Positions 35,934 through 50,312 of a stretch of 64,000 bases of DNA are shown piece by piece. Each line of letters starts with the position of its first letter. The first letter of the stretch is position 1. Both the position numbers and the translations under genes were made by a program. This DNA is from Felis catus (lineage: Eukaryota), in NCBI RefSeq assembly GCF_018350175.1, contig NC_058368.1:183274001-183338000 (forward strand), in the 5' to 3' direction. The notes under the pieces were generated by a model. That model worked only from the letters and a program-made list of their open reading frames with translations. It had not been told where the DNA came from and searched no databases.

Positions 35934-38900
35934 ATTAAATGTTGGGTTGAATATTTTAGATATACTTCTTATTATATACCGTATTTGGGTATAGATATAT
36001 AGATAATTTAAATATATTTGTTATTATATACCATATTTGGGGTTTCATAGGTGCTGAGTTAACTTTCGTATTCTTACTTTATCACAGGTAATTTTTCATA
36101 TTGGTCTATTATTATAGGAATACTTCCTACAGAGAAAATGTGTTCAAGCCATTATGCTAAATGTATGGTAACTATTATATCTCATGTTATGGTTTGCTTT
36201 ATGATTTATCTTATCAAGTAGGAGAACAGAGGATGAATTATTTCCTCTTTAAGTAACGTTTACTTTAAATTCTATATAGTACAAAGTATTTACTTTTTTG
36301 TACTGTGTTTTGTTCCTCTTACTCTCACACATAATAAATATTTGCACTTGGGGGTTGCCTGCAGCTTCCATGTGCTAGAGAGTGAATAGATAAAAGGAAG
36401 AAATGATACAGGAAGAACAAAATTTACCATCAACCTCCATGCAATTGCAATGCACAGAAGAGATTCTGATTTATATTTCTATTATGTGAAATTAGGATTT
36501 CATTTCTGGTTTTTCACACTTCCAAAGAAGTCCAATTTACCATGGCAGAGTCATGGGGCTCACCAAGCAGATGTGTGGCTCTGTAACCATCTCAAGTCCA
36601 ACTGTGTCCGTGGATTGTCAAGTATATCAGGATGAGGGAAAACTTTCTGAAGACTATTTCTAGTATACATGCTTGAATTCAGCCTCTGAAGGTTTTGTGA
36701 AAAATTAGAAATGATGAGTCAGCTTGTTGCATCCATGCTTTACAGGCAAAATTGATCTTTTTGAAAAATAACAGAGGTGAAAAATGCCAGCAATGGTTGT
36801 CACTTTTAAATTAAACAGGAAGTCCTCTCTATTTATGAACATAAAATTAGAAATATTTATATATCATTCACCTTCTTCAAACTATTGACCTGGTGTGAAA
36901 AGAAGGTGAATGTGTGAAGTTATTGTTCTAATTCATGTACGTAAGTCCTTATTAGGCTAGACAAAGGAAGGTGGCTTGACCTTGAATAAGCAAGTATTGT
37001 TACCCGAGAGTCCCAAGTAAAAGCCATGTTTTCAGCAATGGTTCAGTGAGGGAGGTGGGTAGGGGAATATGCCTGGAGCCAGTTTGTGAAATGACCGGTT
37101 CTCAGAAAACTATCAGAAAATACGTTAAATCTAGTCCAGGATAATTTGCTGTAGCGGTTTATTGCTAGAGGCATGAGCACGGGCAAAACCAGGTAGTAGG
37201 CAGGAGGAGATTTGAGTGAAAATGCGAGGGCAAAGGGATGAGAACAAAGAATCAGGGTCATAGAAAGGTGAGGAAGCTGAGTGTAAGACCTCAAAAGTAA
37301 AGAGAAAAATCTGTGTTTAGGGGATATCTTGCCCATTCTTATAAAATGTTCAGAAATGAGAAAATGCTAAGTGTTTAAAATTAGCCACTTCATAAATTCA
37401 ATATTTGGCAAGTTGATTTTTGCTGAATTGGATCTTAAAGAATTGATGGTGGCTGAATTTGACAGTGTCAAAAAACACCACACACTGTGGATTAAACTCT
37501 TTCCATATGCATGAAAGTATTCCTCACATTAGTATGAATGACTTTAATCCAATCAGATCAACAGCTGGCTCTGAACTGTATGAGAGGGTAGTAGGTCAAA
37601 TTACTGGGTGAGAAGGAAGGGACATTTGGTCTCAAGGATTCCATAGGTGGAAAATTATTGTGAATAATAGAAAAAGGTAGAGAACAAACCAAATGTCTGG
37701 CAATAGGACAAGGTTAAATAATGTATGAAATACAGACTTAGGCATTTATGTGATAATGAATATTTATCAACATGGAAAGATACATTATATCATAGACTGT
37801 GAGAGCAAAACTTCATCTGCTATGCTCACTATTAAATCTACCACAGTGCCTGGTATAAAGGAAAAAAGTTCACACTATCAAAGAAAATATAAAATATCAC
37901 ATTTTCTGTAAAAAAAAAAAAAACATTGAAAGACAATTTCCAAGGTTTTAACAGTGCTAAGTATTTTCTCCATTAATGATCTATAATTTTTACTTTATAT
38001 CAATGAACATGTTTTAATTTTAAAAGGAAAAATACAATTAGACTAATGGAATTCCATTGTTCTGAAACTGTTTACAAACTTCTTATTGTAATCTTTGGTA
38101 TCCTTGAATTCAGATTGCATATGTAACCTTTTTTTATGCTATTTGGCTAATGCATTCCTTTGGACATAGAGACCTATTGTGATACAGCTCAACCCGAACA
38201 TACACACGCATGCACACATGCGCACACACAAAGCAACTCCATGTATTCATCCTGAAACTGACACTTAGGAGGCAATGCTACACAGAGCATTCTGCTTAGG
38301 TCTGTTGAAGGCAGAGATGTCAAGATGATCCCAATTACATTTTATTTTTATGCACATATATTGCTATGCAATGGACCTATGAAAAGGGCATAAAGTACTT
38401 TCTGCACATTAGATAGTGGTAATAACCACAAGTAAAAACAAACAAACAAACAGGCAAACTAACAAACAGAAGCTGTGATCAAAGAATCTTTTTGGAGAGG
38501 AAATGAGGATATAACAGTTTAAGCAGTATTGGGAAACATTCCTTATAAAACTAATAGTCACCCAAGAGTCATCATTAGCATGTAGATTTGGGCATAGAGA
38601 CCCATTAATAGGAGTTCACTAGTAGTTAAGAATGGTTTCTTGTATTCATTCTTTCTACACTCATTCATTACCCAAACTCACATTTATCTTCTTAATATTT
38701 CTACAGGTTTTCTTGGTAAAATTTGGTTAGGAAGAAATCTTAATTTGGAATGTTTTCCTTCGTTCCAAGCTTTAAGACATTCCATCAGAACTGATGTCAC
38801 TGAAATAATAAAATCTTCTTCCTACACCATTATTTCTGCTGCAATCCATTTCTTTCTTCAAGGGAAGGATATTTGTAGATTACTAAATTTTTCACATACA

Positions 38901-39349
38901 GTGATTAGTAAAAGAATTAATTTTACTTAAAAACCAGTTCTATCTCAATGTACAGGAATTTTTCTTTTCCCCACAAAGTTCCCATGGATTTTTAGCAGAT
39001 TATAAATAGAAAAAAAAAAGATATTTCTATTAGAAAAGGACCTCTGGTCATAGTCTACATGTAAGAGAGTGAGAAAAGGGGAACTGATGGTATTCTATGT
39101 CATAATGCAAAGAAATATCTATCGTTAACAGGAAACTGATCTTGAAGTGACAAAGAATACTTTCCATTATTCTCCTAAAACAGTTATTTCATACAAATAG
39201 AAATGAAGTATGGGAAATAAGCTGAGAATTTAGTGGCCTCATGAATGCCTCTGTGAATAGGAGAAAAATGAATTCTAGGTCACACCAGACCTTGCAGGAA
39301 GGAAGTGAAGACATGAATTCAGGGGGATTAAATGAAAAAAAAAACAAGT

Positions 39350-39600
39350 TACTCTCCCCATTATCACTTTATTTTCTCTTAGTGTGCTTTATTTTCTTCA
39401 CGGTATTCATCACTATAGCAAATAATACTGGTTGCTTGTTTCTTGTCTCTCTGTCCTCTCCCTGTACTAAAATGTGAGCTTCATTAGAACAACAGGTCTG
39501 TCTACATTGGTTATGGATATGTCCCCTTCACTCTAAGGGTATCTAGAACAAGGTAGTTGTTCAAAAACATCTATCAGTTGAATGTGTCAGTGAGTAATGT
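39350..39600 (+). mobile_element. L2 3' end
   Basis: ctaaaatgtgagcttcattagaac...gtagttgttcaaaaacatctatcagttgaatg. Confidence 0.55.
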
Positions 39601-40263
39601 TATGAGGAATTAAGAACCAGGGAGGTTAGGAGGAGCTGATATTGGTAACACTGGTCACACCTAAGAAATATTATAACACTGAGAACCAGAGTGTGATAAT
39701 CAGGGAAAAGTGTAGTGTTAAAGTAGGTATGAGAGCAGCTGGGAGGAAAAAGAGATACAACAAAGCAACTATTGTTTTGGCGGACTCAGATACAGATGTT
39801 GGAAACCTTTCTAGAGGAAGAAGTCCTACAAAGCAGAGGAAATGGATTCTTAATTTACTGTGAGAAGAGGCGAGCTGCTCAACTTACCATAAGTTCTCAT
39901 AGGACCTAACTTTTAATTTCTGAGTTCTAAAGAAAGGTTATCCAATCCGTATTTCCTGAACTGTGTCTAAATTATGTTTTCATTGCATGGCAATTGTAGA
40001 TTGCAAAGTACATCTGTATAATCCTAAGCATTTCTTGGCTTGCAGTCTGGAAAATGTCAGTAGCTTATATCTCGTGGGAAATGCTGTAAACATTTTAATT
40101 AGATATCATTCTGCTCCCGTTTCTTATTTTCTGGAGAAACATGGCTCCTGCTCTATTCTACTTCCTGAGAGATGCAGATAGAATGGAGAAAAATTGGGTC
40201 ACTCAACACTGCCCACTACTGTGTGCACATGTATGTGTGTACCATGTGTATGCACATGAACTC

Positions 40264-40272
40264 TGTGTGTGT

Positions 40273-40310
<38 letters not shown>
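40264..40310. repeat. (TG)n microsatellite
   Basis: Directly visible. Confidence 0.95.
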
Positions 40311-40974
40311 ACATCTTTCTTGATTTAGGATGATAATCCTGATGGGATGAGCTGCTGAAAGACCATAATGATTTTCTAGCAATTACAGAGTAAGTTGTCT
40401 TCAAGCTCTAAATTTCAGACAATAAAAAAATTCCAGAAGGCAGTGAACATTTTTCATTGAGTGGGAACTCTGAATAACAGTCACTCATTACAGACTGGAG
40501 GACAAAATGAAGGGATGAGGTATCATATATTCACCACACATAGTTAAACAGACATCAAAGTGACTTGGGCTAAGAAAAGACCACCATGGCTGTACAATAA
40601 AAAATCCTGCAAGATGTTATTCTCAGTTGAATGACTCAGACATTGAAAACTGTGATGTATCATATTGTACTCTGATTATAAAAGACACCAAAGAAACAAA
40701 TACTTCCTTACATTTGCAATACCATACAAATATAATTAAATTTAAGCACTTTGGGTTTGTGTGGAATGACCTAAAATCAAGGTATCAAATACATTCCTGA
40801 AAAGTTGTAAGAAAAATAAAGGATGATTCTCACATATGGAAATGTGGCATTACTAGGACATAATAAAAAATATTTGTGAAAAAATATAATTGTGTTTCAT
40901 ACATACATTTTAAAGAGGTTTTTTTAGGACTTATATCCAAAAGAGTTCACAATCAGTAAGATCGGTGGCAATGG

Positions 40975-41620
40975 AATAAAGTGCATCCAATTGTGCAACT
41001 GACATCTCCACTTGGAAGTTTAACAGATATGCCAAATGTGGCATGTGCAAAAGGGGAAGAAAAAAAAAAGCCCTCATATTTAGCTTCAAGCCTTGTTTTT
41101 CCCCAATCTTTTCCATCTTAGTAAATATCATTGTTACCTACCTAATTATTTAGGTCAAAAATATCAGTGTTATCTTTATCCCTTTGCTGTCCTCTTTCCT
41201 TACATTATATCCAATGGCATATTATTTTACTCATACCTTTAAAATATTTTTATGCAAGTGTTACTGATGCTGAAACCATCAACAAACACCCCAGCTTTTC
41301 ACAGTTAATTTTCTATATTGCCAAATTGATCTGTGTGAAGTGATCTGCTTGAAACGTAAATCATATTATATCTATGATAAGATCAAATCCTTCAGAGATT
41401 TCTAATTTTTATTAGAATAGAATCTAAGAACTTTACCACTTATAATATTGCCCAATATGTAATTTTCAACTGTACCCTCTCCTCTAATTTTATCACTCAC
41501 TCTTCTCTGCATAGCTTTTTTTTCTTTTCTGCATAACTTTTAAAATTCTCTCTTTTAAACAGGCCAAGACAGAGCGATTCACTTACAGAAACCTCTCTCA
41601 TGAATGCACCTATAAGTCTT
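40975..41620 (+). mobile_element. L2 fragment
   Basis: gacatctccacttgga...ttccatcttagtaaat...ttagaatagaatctaag. Confidence 0.6.
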
Positions 41621-42034
41621 GGAATGAATAGAGATATCTGAGGACTAAAAAATATAAATCATGGGAAATGGATTGGGAAATGAGACCTGAATTCAAAGTA
41701 CCACTAAACTGGTATTGAATTTATGATATTCCCTGCTCCTATAAAGCATGACCTAGACTCAAAGGGAACACAAAATCGCATACTAAACGCAGAATAAACT
41801 CCAAGAGTACCCTAAAGAATCTATGAAAGAGGAAAGCACAGATCATATGAATTAATGACCAAGCAATATAAAAACAAATAAAAATAAAAATGGATAAAAA
41901 TCAATATATGAAATTTTTAAGTAGAAATGAATCCATTGTAAAAGGTAATGTGTGTATTTTGGGGGAGAGGAGAATAAGGAAGCTAGGAGCGCGGGATAAA
42001 GAATATATTTAAGACTGTGATTCTCAAAGTGATT

Positions 42035-42329
42035 ATATTTTATTTTATTTTATTTTTCAATATATGAAATTTATTGTCAAATTGGTTTCCATACAACACC
42101 CAGTGCTCATCCCAAAAGGTGCCTCCTCAATATCCATCACCCCCCCCTCCCCACCCTCCCACCCCCCATCAACCCTCAGCTTCTTCTCAGTTTTTAAGAG
42201 TCTCTTATGCTTTGGCTCTCTCCCACTCTAACCTCCTTTTTTTTTCCCTTCCCCTCCCCCATGGGTTTCTGTTAAGTTTCTCAGGATCCACATAAGAGTG
42301 AAAACATATGGTATCTGTCTTTCTCTGTT
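42035..42329 (-). mobile_element. 5'-truncated feline L1 (L1_Fc-type 3'UTR)
   Basis: T-rich tail, then aatttattgtcaaattggtttccatacaacacccagtgctcatccc; TSD aaagtgatt at 42026-42034 and 42330-42338. Confidence 0.92.
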
Positions 42330-42374
42330 AAAGTGATTTTAAAGATCTCTAGACTCATGGTATCAAATCACCCA

Positions 42375-42567
42375 CTGAGGAAAACCACGTGAGAACATGG
42401 CAAGAAGCAACTACTACAAGCCTGGAAGAGATCCTCCACTGGAAACTGAATCAGCCAGACATTTATCTTGGACTTCTAACCTCCAGAGCTGTGAAAAAAT
42501 AAATTTCTTTTCTTTAAGTCATCCAGTCTGTGGTATTTTGTTACAGTAGCTCAAGCTAACTAATACA
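42375..42567 (+). mobile_element. MaLR LTR 3' half (MLT1A/B-like)
   Basis: atcttggacttctaacctccagagctgtgaaaaaataaatttc...cagtctgtggtattttgtta...taataca. Confidence 0.85.
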
Positions 42568-42589
42568 CTAGTATAATGGAAAAAGTACA

Positions 42590-42900
42590 GACCACTGATG
42601 GAGTATTAATTAGGAGGGAGAATACAAAACCCATATGTAGATATACTTCGGTGACATGTAAGAATATCAAAGACAAAATAATAATTCTAAAACCTCTTGC
42701 AAAGAAAGATAAGACCTCCTGATTAGCATCAGAATTTTCATTATTAGCACCGGATACAGGAAAAGGATAAGGAATAAATGTTTTTTGAGTATTGAAGAAA
42801 AATACTTTATAGATTTTATACATAACAAAACAAGAGAAGAAAACATAAGTGGAAACTGATGTAAAGGACAACCATCAAAATAGACAGTGTTTATAACTAT
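42590..42900 (+). mobile_element. Old L1/HAL1 ORF1 fragment
   Basis: gattagcatcagaattttca...ttgagtattgaagaaaaatac...tagattttatac resembles the ORF1 C-terminal coding region. Confidence 0.5.
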
Positions 42901-43102
42901 TAAATCAACAGACGACAAATCCGGGTAATAAAGAGCAGAAAGAAAAAAAAAATCAGAAAGTATAATAAGTTGAAATATGAAACAAAATAAAAAAAATACT
43001 ATAGTTACAAATAGTAATAATAATTACTATTATAATTTATCTTGGAGAAGAGGCAATACATTTTTTGATGCAGTACATATATAGTTAAAGTTTAAACAAT
43101 GA

Positions 43103-44730
43103 AGACTCCAACTAGCCAAAGCCATCCTGAGAAAGAACAAAGCTGGAGGTATCACATTTCTAGATTTCAAGATTTACTACAAATCTATAGTAGTCAAAAT
43201 ACTATAGTACTGGCACAAAAGTAAACACATAGATCAAGAGAACAGAAAAGACAGCCCAGAAATCAACTCAAAATTATGTGGTCAGTGAAACTATGACAAA
43301 GGAGGCAACGATACACGATGGGGAAAGGACAGTTTCTTTAATACATGGTGCTAGGAAAACTGGACAGCTACATGCAAAAGAATGAAACTGGACAACTTTC
43401 TTACACCAGACACAAAAATAAACTCCAAATGGATTCATAACCTAAATGTAAGGTCTGAAAACACAAAAATCCCAGAAGAGGGCATAGGCAGTAATTTCTC
43501 TGACATTGACCATAGCAACATTTTTCTAGGTGTGTCTTCTAAGATAAGAGAAACAAAAGCAAAAATAAACTATTGAGAGTACATCAAAATAAAAAGCTGT
43601 AGCACAGAAAAGGAAACCATCAATAAAACAAAAAGATAACCTACAGAATTGGAGAAGATATTTGCAGGGAAGTATCTGATAAGGAGTTAGTATCCAAAAT
43701 ATATAAAAGCCTTATTAAATTCAACACCAAAAAAAATCCAATTAAAAAATAAACAGAGAATCTAAACAGCTCTTTTTCCAAAGAAGAACTACAGATGGCC
43801 AACAGACACATAAAAAAGATGCTCAACATCACTAATCATCAGGGAAAAGCAAACCAAAACCATGAGATACCACCTTACACCTGTCAGAATGGCTAGAATC
43901 AAAATTCCAAGAAATAACAAGTATTGGCAAGGATGTGGAGAAAAGGGAAATCTTGTACACTGTTGGTGAGAATGTAAATTGGTATAGACACCACTGTGGA
44001 AAACAGTAGGGAGGTTTTTCAAAAAATAAAATAAAATTAGAAACACCATAGGATCATAATTCCACTACTGGGTATTTACCAAAAGAAAGCAAAAACAATC
44101 AAAAGTATATGCACCCCTATGTTTACTGTAGTACTTTTACATTTGCCAAGATACAGAAGCAAACTAAATGTCTATCAGTACAGGAATGGATAAGAAAAAC
44201 GTGGCATATATATACAATAATGGATTATTATGGAGCCATAGAAAGGATGGGATTGTGGCATCTGAGACAACAGGGATGGATCTAGAGGGTATTATGGTAA
44301 ATGAAATAAGTCAGACTGAGAAAGGCAAACACTATGTGATTCCACTCAAAAGTGGAATCTAACAAAATAAAAATAAACTAACAAAAAGAAGAATCCAGCT
44401 TATAAATACAAAGAACAAACTCATGGTTGCCAGAGGGGAAGGGACAAGGGGTGTGCAAAATGGGTGAAGGGGAGAGGGAAATACAGGTTTCAGGTTATGG
44501 AATGAATAAGTCACAGAAATAAAAAGCACAGGATATGGAATACATTCAATGATATTATACCAGTGATGTAACAGGACAGATGGTAGCTACATTTGTGGTG
44601 AGCACAGCATAATGTATAAACTTGTCAAATCTCTAAGTTGTACACCTGAAACTAACGCAATATTATGAGTCAACTCTACTCAAATGAAAACGAATGGGAT
44701 AAAGGAATAAACAAACAAACAAACAAGAGA
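43103..44730 (+). mobile_element. Carnivore L1 (L1MA9/L1_Carn-like): ORF2 3' part and 3'UTR
   Basis: Decayed ORF2 ([35 protein letters not shown]); 3'UTR ggttgccagagggg...ttgtacacctgaaactaa; A-rich tail. Confidence 0.92.
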
Positions 44731-46269
44731 GGGTCAAATAAGTGTACTGAGTTCTACCAAAATAAGATTTGGGGCCATGACCACATGAAAAATTTAAGTG
44801 GAATAGTATTTTCCCTCACACTGAAATATAACACTAAAAAAAAACAAAAAACAAAAAACAAACAACTAACATTTTTATGCCTATTTACCAAAGAACCAGG
44901 GAGACTAAGCAATTTTATAAAGTACAGTTTGCAATTAACTTAAGGTAATAGTATTCTGTCACTTTCTAGAAAACTCTCCCTTTACTACAAGGCTATTCAT
45001 ACTAGAAACGTATACGTGTTACATTATTTTTAAAGATGTATAATCATGTGGCCCTAGTCTATTAAGCTACTTAAGGTCAAAAACAAACATTAGCCCTTAT
45101 TAATTTATTAATTTGAAATTTAATATTCCAGGCACTGTTCTAAATGCTGGAAGTACGAGGTTGAACAAGACAGACAAGCTTCTTCAACTGATAAAATCTA
45201 CTAGGGTGATACAAATTAAATTTGATGTAAATTATCTATAAAAACAAAGGGTTATTATTTATTCTTAGTCTCCTTATCAGAAAACACACTTGTGCAAACC
45301 AAGCTAAAATAAACCAATCCTTCTTTTATCCACATAAGGTTAAGATAATCATCTTTGTATTAGCAAAACATTATGATACTGTTTTATTTTAAATGGTATC
45401 TCTTCCTATCTGTAGGAACTATCATAGAAATAGAATAATTTTCATATGAATTAGTTAAATTTTATTGAGAACCAACCAACCATTTTCCTGAAGTTATGTA
45501 CTATGGATGTTTAAGTATAAATATATAAATATAAACATAAACATAAATACAATCTCTGTCTTTGAGGATCTTACAATGTAGGTAAGGATTCATCTATTTA
45601 TAGAATGTGTCAGAGAATAAAAATTAATGACTATGCCCTGCATTTAATTGGCAAATTAGAATCAGTATACTTTCAAAAAGTGTATTTTGAAATTTTTGCC
45701 TGCTAAGTACTTTTAAAAACTAAGTTGAGAAACTATCATTTTGAAGAATATTTGAACAACATGTTGTTCATCATTCCTCTAGATTAAAAAAACTTTTTCC
45801 TTGAAACATAACATAAAAAAAATACAAACAAACAAACAACAACAACAAAAAAAAAACCTATGCCTCGATCATATCATTTCTGGGACCAACATATGTAGCA
45901 CTGGTTTACTAAACTATTTTAGTTCCATGCTGCCAGACTTACTAAGTGACAATAAATAAAAAGATTAATGGAATTCTCTCAGGGTTTAAGGATGTTTTCC
46001 CGAGGTTTGCTTATCACTTACTTAATATTCCTTACCTGAAAATTCAGGGAATAAATTTCTTTTTATTTTCAGTGGTGGAAAATATTCTGATACCCTTAAT
46101 CAAAAAAGTATATGTATATGTGTGTACATGTGTCTATGTGTGTGTACATATGTTCTGTTAGTTAGAATATATTAATTTTAATAATTATGTAAATTTAATA
46201 ACTTATATCATAGTTCCTTCTCACACTATTATACGGCTTATGGCCATATTTGTGTTCCATTTTTTAAAT

Positions 46270-46490
46270 TTTATTTTAATCATTTTTTTAAATGTTTATT
46301 TGTTTTTGAGTGAGAGAGAGAGAGATAGCACAAGCAGGAGAGGGGTAGAGAGAGGGGGGGAAAGGAGGACCCAAAGCAGGCTCCGTATTGAGAGCAGAGA
46401 GTCTGATGTGGGGCTCCAACTCATGAACCATGAGATCATGACCTGAGCCAAATTTGGATGCTTAACCAACTGAGCCACCCAGGCGCCCCC
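46270..46490 (-). mobile_element. CanSINE
   Basis: Imperfect TSD tgttccattttttaaat / tgctccatttttaaat. Confidence 0.95.
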
Positions 46491-46582
46491 TGCTCCATTT
46501 TTAAATGGAATAGTTTTCTGCATTACATGTAATTTTTATACTAAAGTCACATATTTCTCTGCCTTATTTATATCAATTTTTT

Positions 46583-46786
46583 AAAATTTATTTATTTTCA
46601 AGAGACACAGAGAAACAGAGTACGAGTGGGGGAGGGGCAGAGAGCGAGGAGACACTGAATCCGAAGCAGGCTCCAGGTTCTAAGCTGTCAGCGCAGAGCC
46701 CAACACAGGGCTTGCACCCACTAACTGTGAGATCATGACCTGAGCTGAAGTCGGACACTTAACCGACTGAGCCACCCAGGCACTCC
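46583..46786 (-). mobile_element. CanSINE (SINEC_Fc-type)
   Basis: TSD tata(t/a)caatttttt at 46569-46582 and 46787-46800. Confidence 0.95.
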
Positions 46787-47100
46787 TATAACAATTTTTT
46801 TCTTCATGTTTTTTTATTCATTTTAACCTCATTTTGTGTATTATATTGTATTAATGTGGGTGTGTAAACTTAAATCCAACACAGAAGGGGGTGGTATGTA
46901 AATAACTAAATAAATGTTGAGATATAAAAATACAACACTAAAAATACTAATTATAAATTTAGAGTAAATTTTGAATTGATCAAATATTTGTAATGTAATG
47001 ATGTAAAAGCAAAACTATATAAACAAGAAGCTTTTATAATATTTAAATAGTTTCAGAGTACAGAGATCTTTTCTACTGCATCTCAAAATCTAACCAATTT

Positions 47101-47322
47101 GGGGCGCCTGGGTGGCGCAGTCGTTAAGCGTCCGACTTCAGCTCAGGTCACGATCTCGCGCGGTCTGTGAGTTCCAGCCCCGCGTCAGGCTCTGGGCTGA
47201 TGGCTCAGAGCCTGGAGCCTGTTTCTGATTCTGTGTCTCCCTCTCTCTCTGCCCCTCCCCCGTTCATGCTCTGTCTCTCTCTGTCCCAAAAATAAATAAA
47301 CATTGAAAAAAAAAATAAAAAA
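47101..47322 (+). mobile_element. Young SINEC_Fc
   Basis: CpG-rich; TSD aaaa(t/c)ctaaccaatt at 47085-47099 and 47323-47337. Confidence 0.97.
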
Positions 47323-47339
47323 AAAACCTAACCAATTAA

Positions 47340-48230
47340 AACCAAACTAAGAAATTTACTTATAGAAGAATAAAAAAAAATGCTACATAGGTATTAAAAA
47401 AAAGCAAAAACAAAACAAACAAAACAAAAGGTAAAAGCTAAAGATCCAAAAGAAAAAATGGGTAAAGTATACGAACAAATATTATACAAAAAATAAAATC
47501 CAAATGGTTCTTAAAGCATAAGAAAAGATGTTCAACCTCATCCAGGAAAAAAGATGAACATTTTAGCATCAAAAGGAAAAACTTTTTTTTTTTTCCGCCT
47601 ATCAAATTGGAAGTTACGTAAATGTTGCTAATGTGTTCTGTTGGCAAGACAGGAAAAATAATATTTGCATATTGTTGAGGAGAGTGTCAAGCCTTTTGAT
47701 CTCTCTGGAGGGTGACTGGTATTATCTATCAAAATGAGAGACGCACAATACCTTGATCTCACGCATCCACTCCAAATATTTTGTTCTACAGATATTCTCA
47801 CAAATCTGATACAGTGTTAAATAGGCAAATACATAGCCTAAAATACCGGAATGGGGAGCAGTCACCGTAGATTACACCCCAGTCATAGAATGGAATATTG
47901 TGCCATTGTTAAAAACAAGAAAACAAAATTTCATGTTCTGATATAAAGAGGTATTTATATGTATTAATAAATATTTTAAAAAGCAATATTCATACGAGTT
48001 TGCAGAGTAGCTCTTGTATGGTAAGGGGAAAGCAGAGGAGAGAAGAGTTGTCGAACACAAAATCATGTCTGCTTGTGCATACATTATTTCTGAAGTAGGT
48101 CTAAGATGCTAGTAATGGTAGTTGCCCCTGGGGAAGAGAGCTGAATGGCTTGGAATTAGGGTGAAGAAGAAGGTTTATTTTTCACTAGATATGTTTTCTA
48201 TCTTTGTAGTTTTGTATTATTGGCTTCTAT
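47340..48230 (+). mobile_element. Ancient L1ME-like 3' region
   Basis: aaaaatgggtaaag...aagaaaagatgttcaacctca...gtaatggtagttgcccctgggga. Confidence 0.7.
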
Positions 48231-48494
48231 CACCCATCCTCACCCACCCTCTCTCCAAAAAAGAAAAGTGAGTACTACTGGCAGAACAGAAACAAGATGC
48301 CAGAATTCTCAACCATAGCTGTACAATTGGAATCACCACAGGACGTTTTAAAAAATACATTTACCCAAGTTTCACTCTAGAGAATTAAATCAGGGAACAA
48401 AACAATGAGGTTGGGACCTGACTAACATTCACATGTTAGTTACTTTAGTTTAAAATAAATCTGTCATGACATGATTTGTTCTTCACAAAGGTAT

Positions 48495-48697
48495 TTTTTT
48501 TAATGTTTTGATTAATTTCTGAGACAGAGACAGAGCATGAGCAGGGGAGGGGCAGAGAGAGGGAGAAACACAGAATCTGAAGCAGGCTCCAGGCTCTGAG
48601 CTGTCAGCACAGAGCCCGACGCGGGGCTCAAACTCATAGAGTGTGAGATCATGACCTGAAGTCAGACACTTAACCAACTGAGCCACCCAAGTGCCCC
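48495..48697 (-). mobile_element. CanSINE (SINEC_Fc-type)
   Basis: TSD tcacaaag(g/a)tat at 48483-48494 and 48698-48709. Confidence 0.95.
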
Positions 48698-50312
48698 TCA
48701 CAAAGATATCTTAGCATCAATCTCTAGATTGGTTGGTTTCATTCATATGAAATAAAGATATAAGTATATATGAAATATGTAAATATAAATACATGTATAT
48801 TTTATATACTATATAATAAATGAGAAATAGTGTTACATATGGCTGATTATTTGAGTAAAGCAATAAAAGACATGTGTGATATTTACTACACTCATTAATG
48901 GAGGAGTATGTGACACTTTGGGTGGCATGGCAGTTAAGATAAATATCCCCTCACTTATTTGAAATTATTACTGATAAATTTCAACATGTACATGTATACA
49001 CCCATATGTACCGTTGACTATTTGCTACCATCAAAATACCTTTCGTGAAATACTACAGAGACTCTGGCCACTGTCAAGATAACAAAATCTCAGCGATTTT
49101 GTTTGACACTGAGAAAGATGACACTTTGCCAAGCAGTGGCTACATTTTTCAGCACGCAGTTAAACCAAAGGTGATAGGAGGCAGTGCACTTATTCTTAAG
49201 GTTGCAGATGTACACCGAGTATTTGACACGTTGCATCACTAAATATTTTCACTGAATCTTAATATTGTTCCTTTAGGAAGATTTTGTAAGTCAGTCAAAT
49301 TCAAGCCTGTGGATAGATGTTAAAAGTAAATTTTTCTCCTTATCCTTAGGTACATGTATGAAGCATTTTAAATTCCTGCATTTAAAAGGCTTCTGAAACC
49401 TGCCTGTGGCTATGCCCTAGAACACCCAGGCAAATTTTTAGGCTAGAAATTCTATGAATCTGTTTACCATAATTCCCTTCTGTGGGCAAGAAGTGGTATT
49501 TAAATCATACCACTGTATAACGAAGCAATGCTTCAATGATAAATTTTCCTGTCCAGAAAAGTCAAGTTATTTAACTTCATTATATATTCTAAGGAGAAGG
49601 TGTTTTCTAAAATGCTCAGAATAAAACTTAGAGGTATTATCGTCACATTTAGTCTTTCAAAATATTCACCCATGACACTTACAGGCAAAATGGTTATCAC
49701 ATGGGAGAATAAAGTAGAGTAACGAGCTTTTGAAGTAATGCTTACTGTGTCAGGCTGTGTGGGATTCATCTTGCAAAGAAAAAAAGACATTCTCAAAGGT
49801 CAAAGCAGTTTCTATGTGCCTTGAAGTACAGGAGGTATAAGTGGACAGACATAAACTTCAAGGACATTCTAAAACTTTATATTTAATATCACAGAATATT
49901 GATGATGACTGTTGAAAGATAGTCCATGGAACAGTGCTGCACAAAGAAATTGTGTAACTCAAGGCAAGACTTCTTTTTGGTAAAGAAGTAAAGACATGGG
50001 CTCTCAAGAATTAAGAGTTTGTACTGGTTCAGACTCAGTTACAATGCTTGGTATACGGATAGCTGGTTGAATGAATTGTTGGGTGAAGTCATCTATCCAT
50101 AATGGATAAGGTCTGCCCTACAATGATCCAGAAGATATGATAAGAGTAATGCAGGGGATGGAATTCTCTGTAGGCTTTCTCAGAAGGCCAAATGTCAGAA
50201 CTTGGTGCAGTGTAAAACCTTCCTCTGAAAAAGTGTTGCTTGTCAACATTTCTTCTCTTCTGAAGTAGCTAGAGGGAATACTACTTAACAATCTCATAAG
50301 TCCCTTGATTTT

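Noticed and set aside
37400..37466. Degenerate ~15-bp periodic gaattg motif
   Set aside because: Only four poorly matching units; probably an old repeat remnant that I cannot assign
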